64,000 nucleotides of DNA from Glycocaulis sp. (GTDB lineage: Bacteria > Pseudomonadota > Alphaproteobacteria > Caulobacterales > Maricaulaceae): positions 271,099-335,098 of the forward strand of contig NZ_JBHYFK010000004.1 of the NCBI RefSeq assembly GCF_051859565.1, given 5' to 3'. The position numbers and the translations under genes are program-made. Each line of letters starts with the position of its first letter. Position 1 is the stretch's first letter. The notes beneath the pieces were generated by a model. It was not told the origin of the DNA, made no database searches, and saw nothing but the letters and a program-made list of their open reading frames with translations. Positions 30,230 to 40,454 of the stretch are shown here, piece by piece.

Positions 30230-31098
30230 GCGGGTTTACGCAGCACTTCCATACGGCGCCTGATGGCATCAAGACCGCCTTTCGTCACTATGAGCCTGAC
30301 CAGCCCAGCGGCGCCCTGCCGGTGGTCTGCCTGCACGGCCTGACCCGCAACAGCAAGGACTTCGAGGATGTCGCGCCGCGCATAGCGGCATCAGGACGCC
30401 GCGTCATTGCCATAGACGTGCGCGGGCGTGGTCTGTCAGACCGGGGCACGCCACCCGAAAGCTATAGCCCGCAGGTCTATGTCGAGGATCTGTTTGGCCT
30501 GCTCGATCAGGAAGGCATTGAGCGCTTCGTTGCCGTCGGCACCTCAATGGGCGGCATCATGACCATGATTGCGGCAGCCATGCGCCCGGACATGCTGGCA
30601 GGTGCGGTACTGAACGATATCGGGCCTGAGCTGGACCCGGCAGGCCTCAACCGCATTGCCGGTTATGTCGGGCGGGCCAAGGGGCCGATGGATAGCTGGC
30701 AGGAAGCTGCCGCAGCCGTGCGCGCCGTCAATGGCGAGGCCTTCCCCGACGAAACAGGCGAGGAATTCTGGCTGGCCTTCGCCCGGCGCACGTGCCGAGA
30801 GCTGCCGAACGGGCGCGTGGAACTCGATTACGATCCGCAAATCGCCGCACCGTTCCGCGAACCGGAAGGCGCCGCGCCGCCGGACATGTGGCCTCTGTTC
30901 GACGCTCTGTCGCTGGTGCCGGTATTGGGGATACGCGGCGAAATCAGCGATTTGCTGTCACGCGAGGTCCTGACCCGGATGGCGGATCGTCATCCGCGTT
31001 TTACCGCCGTCGAGGTGCCGCGCGTCGGTCACGCGCCGCTGCTCACCGAAGCCCCCGCCCGCGACGCGATTGACGCGTTTTTGAGAGATATCGACTGA
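30226..31098 (+). CDS. alpha/beta hydrolase
   Basis: ..VVCLHGLTRNSKDF..AVGTSMGG.. gives the HG oxyanion motif and the G-x-S-x-G nucleophile elbow. C-terminal ..GHAPLL. Confidence 0.85.
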   Translation: MSGFTQHFHTAPDGIKTAFRHYEPDQPSGALPVVCLHGLTRNSKDFEDVAPRIAASGRRVIAIDVRGRGLSDRGTPPESYSPQVYVEDLFGLLDQEGIERFVAVGTSMGGIMTMIAAAMRPDMLAGAVLNDIGPELDPAGLNRIAGYVGRAKGPMDSWQEAAAAVRAVNGEAFPDETGEEFWLAFARRTCRELPNGRVELDYDPQIAAPFREPEGAAPPDMWPLFDALSLVPVLGIRGEISDLLSREVLTRMADRHPRFTAVEVPRVGHAPLLTEAPARDAIDAFLRDID

Positions 31099-32033
31099 TG
31101 CGCAACGCTCTTCTCACCATTCTCGGCATACTCCTCCTGCTTGGCGTTGCCGCCATCGCGCTCTTCGCGTGGCTGACCCGCACGCCCGAACCGGCCGAGC
31201 CCCCTGCCCCATCTGCCGGCGAACGCACGGTGGAGGCCGCAGGCATGAGCTGGCGGGTACGCGAGGACGGCCCTGCAGCCGCGCCTGCCATCGTCCTGAT
31301 CCACGGCTTTTCGCACTCTCTGGAAAGCTTTGACGGCTGGGCCGAGGCGCTGTCCGATGACTACCGGATCATACGTTTCGACCTGCCGGGCCACGGCGTC
31401 ACCGGCCCGCATCCTGATGGCGCCTATTCCAACGGGGACACGGCTGCGCAGGTCGCCGAGCTTCTGGACGCGCTGGAGCTGGACCGCTTTGTCATTGGCG
31501 GCAGCTCGCTCGGCGGCCTCGTCTCATGGCGCTACGCGGCGGCCCACCCTGAGCGCGTGGCAGGCCTCGTTCTGGTTAGCCCCGGTGGCTATTCGATCAA
31601 TAATGTCGGCGACGAGCCGGTAGAGGTACCTGTCCCGGTTCAGCTGTATCTGCGCCTCGCCCCGGATGCCGGTATCCGCATGGCCACGCAGACATTATAC
31701 GGCGATCCGTCACGTCTGACCGAGGACCGTATCGCCCAGATCGGCCAGATGATGCGCCAGCCCGGCATCGGTGAAGCCCTCATCGCCCGGCTGCAGCAAT
31801 TCACCCTGCCAGACCCGGAACCCCTGCTGGCCAGCATTGAGGCCCCTGCCCTCATATTATGGGGCACTGCTGACACCGTTGTTCCGGTGAGCCATGCCCC
31901 GCGCTTTGAAAGCGTCATGCCCCATGCCCGCCTTGTCACCTATGACGGCGCTGGCCACGCGCTGATGGAGGAATACCCGGTCGAGACGTCAGCCGATGTG
32001 CGGGCGTTTCTTGAGGATATTGGCTGGCAGTAA
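31098..32033 (+). CDS. alpha/beta hydrolase (membrane-anchored)
   Basis: N-terminal TM. ..IVLIHGFSHS..IGGSSLGG..GHALMEE. Confidence 0.85.
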   Translation: MRNALLTILGILLLLGVAAIALFAWLTRTPEPAEPPAPSAGERTVEAAGMSWRVREDGPAAAPAIVLIHGFSHSLESFDGWAEALSDDYRIIRFDLPGHGVTGPHPDGAYSNGDTAAQVAELLDALELDRFVIGGSSLGGLVSWRYAAAHPERVAGLVLVSPGGYSINNVGDEPVEVPVPVQLYLRLAPDAGIRMATQTLYGDPSRLTEDRIAQIGQMMRQPGIGEALIARLQQFTLPDPEPLLASIEAPALILWGTADTVVPVSHAPRFESVMPHARLVTYDGAGHALMEEYPVETSADVRAFLEDIGWQ

Positions 32034-32037
32034 GCCT

Positions 32038-33114
32038 TCAGTCCTCGAACACGATCTCTGGCGCCGGGCGGTTCGCCGTCCGCGCCGTCTCCAGCATGGC
32101 GCTGGCGGCGCGCTCGAACGCTCCGGCCAGCGGCCCGTCTTCCAGCGCCACCAGCCGGCCTTCATCGCTGGCAACCCGCAAGGACGGGTGAAGCGGTATC
32201 TCGCCCAGAAACGGAACGCCCATCATCTCCGCCTCTGCGCGCACGCCGCCGCGCCCGAAAATCTCGCTTCCCTCTCCGCAATGCGGACACAGGAAGAAGC
32301 TCATATTCTCGATCATGCCGAGCACCGGGATCTCGGTACGCTCAAACAGCGCCATCGCCTTGCGCGCATCGTCCAGCGCCACGGTCTGCGGCGTGGAGAC
32401 GATCACGGCGCCGCTGATTGGCACGCCTTGCGCGATGGCAAGCTGGGCATCGCCAGTGCCGGGCGGCATGTCGACGATGAGAACGTCCAGAGGGCCGTCA
32501 CCGCCATCCCAGTCCACTTCGGTCAGGAACTGACGGATTGCGCCCGTCACCATCGGGCCGCGCCAGACGACCGGCTCGCGGCTCCCCACCAGAAACCCCG
32601 TCGAGACCAGCTTCACGCCGTGGGCCTGCAGAGGCTCGATACCGGCATCTGTCTTACGCAGGCCTGGCGCATCAGTGAGGCCGAAAAGGCGCGGCGCGCT
32701 GGGTCCGAACACATCGGCGTCCACCAGCCCGGTGCGCAGTCCCAGCCTGACGCATGCACCGGCCAGATTGGCCGCCACGGTGGACTTGCCGACCCCGCCC
32801 TTGCCCGAGCCAACGGCGATAATCAGCCCGGCGGGCGCTTTCGCAGGAGCAGGAGCACTGCGTTTGGTAGCAGCCGCAGGCTGGCGTTCGGTTTCCACGA
32901 TGATCCTCACGCGCTCAATGCCATCCAGTGCCAGCAGAGCCGTCTCGACACGGCTGCGTACACCCGCATCATCGTCGCCGTCAGCATGCACGGGCGGAGA
33001 AAGGATGATGGTGGCTATGCCTGAGCGCACATCGAGCGCGGAAACGCGTGCGTTCACCTCGGGAAACTGCGTTTCGAGGGTCTGGCGGAGAATACGGGCT
33101 GAATCGTCCTGCAT
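32038..33114 (-). CDS. apbC: Fe-S cluster carrier ATPase Mrp/ApbC
   Basis: ..IAVGSGKGGVGKSTVAANLA.. is a deviant Walker A. The C-P-H-C-G motif (FLCPHCGEGSEIFG) and an N-terminal DUF59-like domain are present. Confidence 0.93.
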   Translation of the reverse strand: MQDDSARILRQTLETQFPEVNARVSALDVRSGIATIILSPPVHADGDDDAGVRSRVETALLALDGIERVRIIVETERQPAAATKRSAPAPAKAPAGLIIAVGSGKGGVGKSTVAANLAGACVRLGLRTGLVDADVFGPSAPRLFGLTDAPGLRKTDAGIEPLQAHGVKLVSTGFLVGSREPVVWRGPMVTGAIRQFLTEVDWDGGDGPLDVLIVDMPPGTGDAQLAIAQGVPISGAVIVSTPQTVALDDARKAMALFERTEIPVLGMIENMSFFLCPHCGEGSEIFGRGGVRAEAEMMGVPFLGEIPLHPSLRVASDEGRLVALEDGPLAGAFERAASAMLETARTANRPAPEIVFED

Positions 33115-33317
33115 GGCCTGCTCATAAACCAGCCAGGCTCACGCTTCCACCGGAAGTGGCCGCTGTCATTAAGGTTAATTTTTCGGGATCAATTGCAACG
33201 CTCGTGCGTTTCCCCTTTCGGACCGCTGCCCGCACAGGTATGGTTAACAGCTAGTTACCGTGTGCGGGCTGAGGGGAAACGCCAGCTACGGTGTTCGGGA
33301 GGGGAGTGCGAATCAAC

Positions 33318-35072
33318 ATGTCGAGGGAGGGTGAATCCCGATATTCGCGGCGGCAGGACGACCCGGTCAGTCCTATGGTCGTGCTGTTGTCGGTCATCGT
33401 CCTGCTCGTCATCATCCTGATCGCGGGCTATGTGATGTGGCCCTGCAGCGACCGGCCGGGCAGTTTCAAGCCGTGCCAGATCGACCGTTTCCTGCTGCGC
33501 ACGGCAGTCGCTGACGCGTGTTTGCGCGAGGGCCAGAGCCGCTTTGTGGACACCTCGCCGATCCGTGTCCCTTCACGCTACCGCGACCGCCGGGGCAACG
33601 CGGCGGCATTTTCCTCCCTGGGCCCAGGCACGCTGGACCGCCTCCCCCCTCACGCCGCAACGATTGTGAATGGCCGTGCGCTGCGCCAGCGCGAGATCGG
33701 CGACATTAACTGCCCCGCCGTCACTGACACCCTTATTCCAGTGGGCGCTGACAGGTTCTCCACCGCGCGCGGCATGCTTCAACCCGAAGCCGAGCTGGTG
33801 CTCTACAGGCTTCTGGTTGTGGAACGCCGCCCGATGAGCCTGCGCGACACCTACCCCTTCCTGCCTCAGCGCGACACAGCGACGATCGAGCGCATCATCC
33901 AGCTGAACACTACGTTCGGCTCGTCGCGCGGCGGCACCTACCCGCCCCGGCCCTGGTATGTGCGCTGGGATTTATGCGGCTATGACGACAATGATGATCG
34001 CCGCCCCCGCGCGGCACTGTTCATCGATCCCGAGCGGGATTCCTTCGAGTGCATGTCACGCGAGAACGCCGCACGGCTGTATGCCGAAGGCGCGCGCTAC
34101 TGGCTCCTTCTGGGCGATGCAGAACTGGCCCGCAGCGATGTCCAGTGCGTCTGGGACGCCGAATTTGACGGGTTCTGCCCGGGCGGCTACCGCGACGGCT
34201 ATACCTATCTGCGCCATGGGAGTTTCGAGCCGGCGCCTACCGCGCTCGATCTTGCAATGCAGAACTGGCGCCGCGCTTCTGACTGGGGCCGTATCTTCGG
34301 GGCGCAGGCCTCCCTGATGGCCCAGCGGCGGCTGCAGGCGCACACCGTGCAGTGCCAGAGTTCGCTGGACGGATCGAGCCTGCGCCGCATTTCACGCTTC
34401 GGACCGGACGGTATTGGCGAGGTTATCCGCCTGTCCTTGCGCCAGCGCGCGCTGGCTTCGCTCGGCTACCATTCAGGCGCGGTTGACGGCTATTATGGCC
34501 CGGAAACGCGCGAGGCGGTTCGCGGCTTCCAGCGCGAGCTGGGCTTTGACGAGACCGGCGCGCTCACCCCGCGCCAGACCACGCTTCTGATCTGCCATGC
34601 TGCCCAGACTGCAAGGGAAGCCAGCGTGCAGAACACGCTTGGCATCATGTATGCGACGGGTCTGGGCGTAGAGCAGAACACCGATCTGGCGCTGGAATGG
34701 CTCGAGACCGCGGCCCGGCGCAATGACCCGGATGCGTATTTCAACCTCGCCATCATCTATGGGACGGGCGCCGTACTCGGCAGCTACAATCTGTGCGGCA
34801 TTATCGAGAATTTCGAGCGCGCCGAGTCCTACCTGGCCGAGGCGGCCCGGCTGGGCCATCCGGTTGCGCGCCGCTGGCGGGCGAGCCCGGAATACAACCG
34901 CCTGCCCTCCCCCCGCGCGCGCTGGCAAACCATCTCCGAGCGCATCCGCTCGGCCGCCATCGAGGGCGGAGGGTTTTTCTATCTCGAATGGGAAGACCGC
35001 AATGTACGTCTTCCCGACATTGATCTTCTACCGCCCGGCTGCCTTGAGGCCGAGCGCTTCCAGGGGGGCTGA
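33318..35072 (+). CDS. peptidoglycan-binding domain plus Sel1-repeat protein, membrane-anchored
   Basis: N-terminal TM (MVVLLSVIVLLVIILIAGYVMW). PG_binding_1 motif (LGYHSGAVDGYYGPETREAVRGFQRELGF). Sel1 repeats (LGIMYATGLGVEQNTDLALEWLETAA; YFNLAIIYGTG). Confidence 0.75.
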   Translation: MSREGESRYSRRQDDPVSPMVVLLSVIVLLVIILIAGYVMWPCSDRPGSFKPCQIDRFLLRTAVADACLREGQSRFVDTSPIRVPSRYRDRRGNAAAFSSLGPGTLDRLPPHAATIVNGRALRQREIGDINCPAVTDTLIPVGADRFSTARGMLQPEAELVLYRLLVVERRPMSLRDTYPFLPQRDTATIERIIQLNTTFGSSRGGTYPPRPWYVRWDLCGYDDNDDRRPRAALFIDPERDSFECMSRENAARLYAEGARYWLLLGDAELARSDVQCVWDAEFDGFCPGGYRDGYTYLRHGSFEPAPTALDLAMQNWRRASDWGRIFGAQASLMAQRRLQAHTVQCQSSLDGSSLRRISRFGPDGIGEVIRLSLRQRALASLGYHSGAVDGYYGPETREAVRGFQRELGFDETGALTPRQTTLLICHAAQTAREASVQNTLGIMYATGLGVEQNTDLALEWLETAARRNDPDAYFNLAIIYGTGAVLGSYNLCGIIENFERAESYLAEAARLGHPVARRWRASPEYNRLPSPRARWQTISERIRSAAIEGGGFFYLEWEDRNVRLPDIDLLPPGCLEAERFQGG

Positions 35073-35124
35073 CGATGGCTTCGCAATCACTGCCGGGGCC
35101 TTTGCGCCAAACACAAGTTGAAGG

Positions 35125-35820
35125 ATGTACGCCATGAGCCTGGTCCGGATTTCAGCCTCTCTCGTGAGCTTGTCACTGCTGGCCGCCTGCGCTGCGCCTC
35201 AGCAATCGGTCCCGGCGCGCGATATTCATGCGCTCGAAACCGCGGAGCGCATCTGCAATATCGGCAGCCTGACGCAGGAGTATAACCGCCTGCGCAACGA
35301 GGCGCGCACCGTGGTGACGCCCTCGCACTGGACGTCGAACTGGATACTCGCCCCCTGGCCGGGAAGCTATGTCGACAGCCACTCCAGCCAGTCCTCAAGC
35401 CGCACCGAGGACGTGAGTATCCGACCGCCTTTCGGCCCCTCTACGCCGACCATTGATCTGGTACGCACGTTCGAGGTCGATCTGGACGCGTCCTACCGGG
35501 CGTCCACCTCCTCCTGCCAGGCCTATGCCGCCTGCATGTATCAGAACCGCTATAATGAAGGTTATTGCCAGCGCTCGGCCGCCGACTGGCAGATCGCGCA
35601 GGAACGGTTCCAGAGCCTCTCCTACCGCCTCGCTGACGTGCGTGTGCAGATGGCCCAGATCTGCCCGGACTGCCCGCCCGCCATCATCATTCCCCGCCAT
35701 CGCCATTACGGGTATGGACATGGCTATCCGCCCCGTCACTACGCGCCCTACAGGCGCGCCCGTGATTGCGAGGATTATATCGGCGGGGTGTTTACCACCA
35801 GCTCCTGCAGGCGCTACTAG
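35125..35820 (+). CDS. hypothetical lipoprotein
   Basis: ..SLVSLSLLAAC lipobox. Cys- and Tyr-rich C-terminus. No family recognised. Confidence 0.5.
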   Translation: MYAMSLVRISASLVSLSLLAACAAPQQSVPARDIHALETAERICNIGSLTQEYNRLRNEARTVVTPSHWTSNWILAPWPGSYVDSHSSQSSSRTEDVSIRPPFGPSTPTIDLVRTFEVDLDASYRASTSSCQAYAACMYQNRYNEGYCQRSAADWQIAQERFQSLSYRLADVRVQMAQICPDCPPAIIIPRHRHYGYGHGYPPRHYAPYRRARDCEDYIGGVFTTSSCRRY

Positions 35821-35946
35821 CCGCCCTGCCGGGCCGTAAGGGTTGAGGGTCAGGCAGGGTACTGCACAGGTCTTGCCGGCGCTTTGACAGCCACGGCAGA
35901 TATATAGGCTTGATCGCGCTTTGCCTTAGCGGCTAAACCGGCCAGT

Positions 35947-36037
35947 GGAGAGGTGGCCGAGTGGTCGAAGGCGCTCCCCTGCTAAGGGAGTATACGCCAA
36001 AAGCGTATCGAGGGTTCGAATCCCTTCCTCTCCGCCA
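35947..36037 (+). tRNA. tRNA-Ser (anticodon GCU)
   Basis: GGAGAGGTGGCCGAGTGGTCGAAGGCGCTCCCCTGCTAAGGGAGTATACGCCAAAAGCGTATCGAGGGTTCGAATCCCTTCCTCTCCGCCA. It has a long variable arm, anticodon loop CTGCTAA and an encoded CCA. Confidence 0.92.
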
Positions 36038-36165
36038 GATTTCCGGACGCGCCGCACCTACAAATCGTTGATTATAATCATAATTTACAGAGATTAACTT
36101 TTCTGCTCGATCTCTGACGCCTCGATGTGCTACACATTTTGCTGCACATTTAGCGGGGCACAGCG

Positions 36166-37431
36166 ATGAATATCACCCGGCGTGGGAGCACGTTTTATCT
36201 CGTCCGGCGGGTGCCGAGACGCTATCAGCGGGTGGAAAAGCGCGCCACGATCTGGATCAGCCTGCACACCGATTCCGAAAGCGAGGCGCAGCGCAAGGCT
36301 CCGGCCGCCTGGAGCCTGATGGAAGCGGCATGGGAAGCGCGGCTCGCCGGGGATAGCGACGATGCCGAGCGCCGCTATGAGGCAGCCCGCGATCTCGCAG
36401 CCATGCGCGGCTTTCAGTATCTGCCAGCGCAGAAGGTGGCAGCCCTGCCCCGTGAGGAACGCCTGCAGCGTATGGAAGCAGTCCTGCGCGATGGCGAGCC
36501 GGACCGGGTTGAAGCATCGGCCCTGCTTGGCGGCGTTGAACAGCCTGCCATCACGGTCAGCCGGGCGCTGGAGATGTTCTGGACGCTCGCAAGGGACCGC
36601 ACCCTTGGAAAGAGCGAGGATCAGCTGCGCCGCTGGAAGAACCCGCGCATCAAGGCGGTCCGCAATTTTCTTCACGTGGTGGGCGACAAGGCGATCAGCG
36701 AGATCACGCCTGATGACGTGCTGGAATTCCGGCAATGGTGGATCGACCGGGTGGAGGCCGAAGGGCTGACCGCCAACAGCGCCAACAAGGATTTCACGCA
36801 TCTGGCTGATATGCTGAAAACCGTGAACCGGATGAAGCGGCTGGGTCTGGTGCTGCCCTTTACCGATGTCGCCCTGAAAGAGGGCGAGAAGCGCACGCGC
36901 CCGCCCTTCTCGGTGGACTGGATCAGAACGCGGCTAATGGCTCCCGGCGCGCTGGACGGGCTCAACACGCAGGCGCGTTGCCTCGTGCTGGGCATGATCA
37001 ACACCGGCTACCGGCCAAGCGAGGCCGCCGGGCTCTTACCTGAGCATATCCGGCTCGATACCGATATTCCCCATATCTCGATCGAGCCGGCCGGGCGTCA
37101 GCTGAAGAACGCCACCAGCAAGCGCGTCATTCCGCTGGCCGGGATTTCGCTGGAGGCATTCCGGGCCTGCCCTGACGGATTTCCGGCCTATCGCGGCAAG
37201 GACAAGATCAGCGCAACCGTGAACAAATATCTGCGCGAGAATGGCCTTCTGGAAACGCCCGCGCACAGTCTTTACGGCCTGCGTCACAGTTTCGAGGACC
37301 GGATGATCGCCGCGCACGTGGATGAGCGCGTGCGGCGTGACCTTTTCGGGCATGCCTATAACCGCGAACGCTATGGCAAGGGGGCTGATCTGAAGCATCT
37401 TCACGATGTCGTTTCCAGCGTCGCCCTATAG
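36166..37431 (+). CDS. tyrosine-type site-specific integrase
   Basis: 421 aa. The catalytic region ..GYRPSEAAGL.. ..HSLYGLRHSFEDRMIAA..DLFGHAYNRERYGKG fits the R..H-x-x-R..Y pattern, and it is adjacent to a tRNA. Confidence 0.92.
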   Translation: MNITRRGSTFYLVRRVPRRYQRVEKRATIWISLHTDSESEAQRKAPAAWSLMEAAWEARLAGDSDDAERRYEAARDLAAMRGFQYLPAQKVAALPREERLQRMEAVLRDGEPDRVEASALLGGVEQPAITVSRALEMFWTLARDRTLGKSEDQLRRWKNPRIKAVRNFLHVVGDKAISEITPDDVLEFRQWWIDRVEAEGLTANSANKDFTHLADMLKTVNRMKRLGLVLPFTDVALKEGEKRTRPPFSVDWIRTRLMAPGALDGLNTQARCLVLGMINTGYRPSEAAGLLPEHIRLDTDIPHISIEPAGRQLKNATSKRVIPLAGISLEAFRACPDGFPAYRGKDKISATVNKYLRENGLLETPAHSLYGLRHSFEDRMIAAHVDERVRRDLFGHAYNRERYGKGADLKHLHDVVSSVAL

Positions 37432-37664
37432 GCGCGCTCAAGTGCCTCCAGCTCCTCAATATCCCGCTCAAAGGCGCGGAATATCGGCAGATAGACCGGA
37501 TCCTCGTGCACCAGCTTTGCTGCCGCGATATGGGCGCGTTTCACACGGGCAAGCTCGCTCAAACCCTGCGCCGGTAAAGCTCCTCGTCCACTACTAGCCT
37601 GGCCGGAGTGTTGCGGCGCCGAACAGACAGGCTTGGCCCCTGGCGGGGCGCAAGTGCGGTTCAT
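37401..37664 (-). CDS. hypothetical protein (87 aa)
   Basis: ATGA overlap with the upstream gene. The helical C-terminus (KRAHIAAAKLVHEDPVYLPIFRAFERDIEELEALERAY) looks protein-like. It overlaps the integrase 3' end by 31 nt. Confidence 0.4.
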   Translation of the reverse strand: MNRTCAPPGAKPVCSAPQHSGQASSGRGALPAQGLSELARVKRAHIAAAKLVHEDPVYLPIFRAFERDIEELEALERAYRATLETTS

Positions 37665-38029
37665 ATCCCGCCCTCCGGCCAGACCCTTTTTCCCGCGAGG
37701 CGCGCTCGCAATTCGAGAGGGTTTTGAGGGCCGGAGCCGATGCGTTCAGCGGGCATGCGCACACGGGTTCTGTCAGGGCGGACGAGGGCACATTCGCGGG
37801 TTGAGCCGAGCGCAGTATTCACCCGCGCCATGCTGACGGCGATCCAGTTGTGCGGGTCCATCGGATCAGCGCGCTGGGTGATCAGACAGAAGACTGTGCC
37901 CATGGCCGTGACGGCGCAGAGCACGGCCATGGGGCGGAGAATCTGGCGCGGCATGCGCGCTGTGCGGCTGAAAACCTGGCCGCCGCGAAGCCCTGAAAAA
38001 TGGCCAGAAGAGATGTCGTGACGGCTCAT
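37661..38029 (-). CDS. hypothetical membrane protein (about 122 aa)
   Basis: The start MSRHDISS overlaps the upstream stop (TAATG). One TM (ILRPMAVLCAVTAMGTVFCLI). Confidence 0.45.
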   Translation of the reverse strand: MSRHDISSGHFSGLRGGQVFSRTARMPRQILRPMAVLCAVTAMGTVFCLITQRADPMDPHNWIAVSMARVNTALGSTRECALVRPDRTRVRMPAERIGSGPQNPLELRARLAGKRVWPEGGI

Positions 38030-38394
38030 TATGCGCCCTCCCCGTCGATCCATTTTTCAGGATTGAGGGCGCTGATCGCGGTACACAATTCGAGCGGCGT
38101 GAGGACGTTATCGGCGCCCATTCTCACGGCCGCCTGAACCACATCTTTCTTGTGAGAATAGGGCCAGTTTTCGACTTGGGCGACGATAAGTGCGAAGCTC
38201 AGCCAGCGCAAGGTTTTGAGCATTTCCCGGCGTTCGGACGCGCCATTTAGATGCTCTCGAATAGCGGTTCGGATCAGCTCTGGCCGGGAAGTGGCCAGCC
38301 CTGACAGAACCCCATAATCAAGCTGCTGAAGAAGATCGGGATCGATACGAAAGCGCACTCTGGGCGCGCTATCAAGGTCGGGGAGATAAGTCAT
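38029..38394 (-). CDS. ribbon-helix-helix (CopG-like) domain protein
   Basis: ..RVRFRIDPDLLQQLDYGVLSGLATSRPELIRTAIREHL.. fits the RHH pattern (beta strand, helix, G-x-S-R-x-E-L-I-R-x-A-I). Confidence 0.55.
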   Translation of the reverse strand: MTYLPDLDSAPRVRFRIDPDLLQQLDYGVLSGLATSRPELIRTAIREHLNGASERREMLKTLRWLSFALIVAQVENWPYSHKKDVVQAAVRMGADNVLTPLELCTAISALNPEKWIDGEGA

Positions 38395-39744
38395 ATTGCC
38401 ACCCTTACTGGTTATGTAAGGACAGCGGGACTTGAGACGACTTCATTCAAGCATAGGGATTGCCGGGGCGCAACTCATGGAGAAGTGAGGCTTTGACCAA
38501 GAGACGGGGGCCGCAAGCGGCCCTAGGGGTGGCCGGGACCGGCCCAAGGGTGGGCGATAAGCGGCCCACCATAACTCATTGATATAAAAGACGTTCAGAC
38601 AATCGGCCAATTCGGGCCAAATGGCGTTGTCGCTTGGGCCCAGATGTCCCACCGCGTCTATGCCATTGTAATTGCGAGTATAATTCGTCTTGCGCAGCCA
38701 GACGGCACGGTGTGCATACTGTGTGATAAAAAACCAATGCGCTGATGCGCGGGCGGCAAAGCCGCCCGTACCGGCTAACAGTCGCAAAGGGGAAACAGGG
38801 CCAATTCGTCTGAACCGTTGTCACGATACTGCCAGTCGCGAAGAGTGGATCGGTACGCATAGCGACCAACCTCTCCGCCTGGACGGGCAGCTCGAAATGA
38901 CTGGACGTGGCGGGAAAGTGATCGAGAGCCGGAAGAGGCTGCGTTGTCGCGCTCGACAAACCGAAAACCCGTGACAGAAAAAATGGGCCGGAACAGGCAC
39001 CAGAAAGCCCCACGCTTCGCGCGAGAAACGTAGAGGCGAAAGCGCTCGGTCATATCGCAAAAAATAGCCCGGCATGGCCGGGTTTGCAGGATAAATGGAT
39101 AGAGGAAACGGGGACGGAGAAGACCGCGAAAGTGGGTGCGAGCGGCGCGAAAAGGATCGTCACCCGCATGGGCCAAGACCCGGCAGGGCCGCGGCTTGGT
39201 GGAGCGTAGCGGAATAGGGCCTGGCCGGTCGTCAGGCCGGTTCGCCCAATTCCTAATTCATCTGTAAATCACACCAGTTTCCAGCAAGCTCGACGGCTCA
39301 ATCGGCTATCGGATCGTGCTCACAATCGGTGGGTAAGAGATCCATCATGCTTGCCGGATTCCGACACCGTAAGCCGCAAGCGACCGGCGATAATCTGCGC
39401 ACACAAGCTCCGATGGCGCTGCACCGGCATACGAGATCAATGCGGACAAGCGAGGAGGCAAGCGGACTTACAGGGGCATCATACGGCCCTGCCCTTCCCT
39501 TGACGACGACACGGAATACAGTCAGCCGGAATTACGCGGGTTGCCACCCAAAAGCGGGAACCGGGAGCATGGCCACAGGCGGCGGTCACGCATGATGCGC
39601 GATGGTAGGCCACCAAATGGAACGGATCGGGATTTCGGGGCGGTCTCGAACGGGCGTAGCCATTGCGAGAATGACCATCCCGGCCCGAAACCCAGAAAAG
39701 AGATACATTTTCGAAGTGCATGGAGGCGTCGTGCGTTGTCACGC

Positions 39745-40299
39745 TCAGCCAGAGCGGCCGAGAGCGAGACAGGTATCCATCCAGTCGGGTTTGAGAGAGA
39801 GGGCGTTGTCGTCCCAGCTGCAGCATTCCAGCAGGAACCAGGGACAGAACTCCCAGTCGAACGAGTCATCATAGCCATTGCCGCCCTTATGGGCAGCGAT
39901 CCAGCCGATATGGCAAGCGCGGGCAATCGCGCCTACCCGATCGCGAACATAGGCCGTGCCATTTATGGAGCGGACAGAATCGGCATGGACCGCGAGACGG
40001 GAGGCAGGTTCGGCTGTGCAGATCGCTTCCCAGAGGCTCATGGCAGAGTCGGTCAGGAGCTCTTCGGAGATCTCACCACAGGCGCGGGCGATATCTTCAT
40101 CGGCCACGTTGTCGATATGGACGGCATGGCCATCAGAGCTAAGCATATAGATGCCCCAGAAATGGGGCGGGATGCCGTCAGGTGGCAGGCCGATACGGCC
40201 TCTGGTTTCGCCTGCGGCCGGCGCGTATTCAAAGCGCGGGCCATATTCGAGCGTGATGTGATCGCGAGACGATACGGGAATGGTGACGGACTAATCCAT
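39745..40299 (-). pseudogene. possible disrupted gene: ATG-GAT-TAG followed by 181 open codons (faint ArdB/KlcA-like resemblance); competes with antisense ORF 39541..40395
   Basis: An SD-like aagga lies 8 nt before the ATG at 40299, and codon 3 is TAG (40293-40291). The frame then stays open to 39745, and the first ATG/GTG/TTG is at 40146. Codon third-position GC is high in the 3' third of this frame. See the findings for the competing plus-strand reading. Confidence 0.35.
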
Positions 40300-40454
40300 G
40301 ACGGGAATCCTTGTTGCTGGAGAAGCATCGCCACGGGTGCGCGCATGGCGGCGCGCCCGTGCGAGCGGGTTCACAAAAGGCTGGGGATGGGATAGATTGA
40401 GGGAGTGGGGATCGAGCTTTCGCCCGACCCCCTAGTCTCTAGAACGTAATGAGA

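Noticed and set aside
31996-33024. 342-aa plus-strand ORF
   Set aside because: It is antisense to the Mrp/ApbC gene, which has a clear deviant Walker A and a CPHCG motif.
36130-36801. 223-aa minus-strand ORF
   Set aside because: It is antisense to the integrase gene.
38871-38880. 10-nt match (cctctccgcc) to the 3' end of tRNA-Ser as a possible attR of a small integrase module
   Set aside because: A 10-mer match is expected by chance at roughly the 10% level in a 64-kb window on two strands. The flanking bases do not extend the match.
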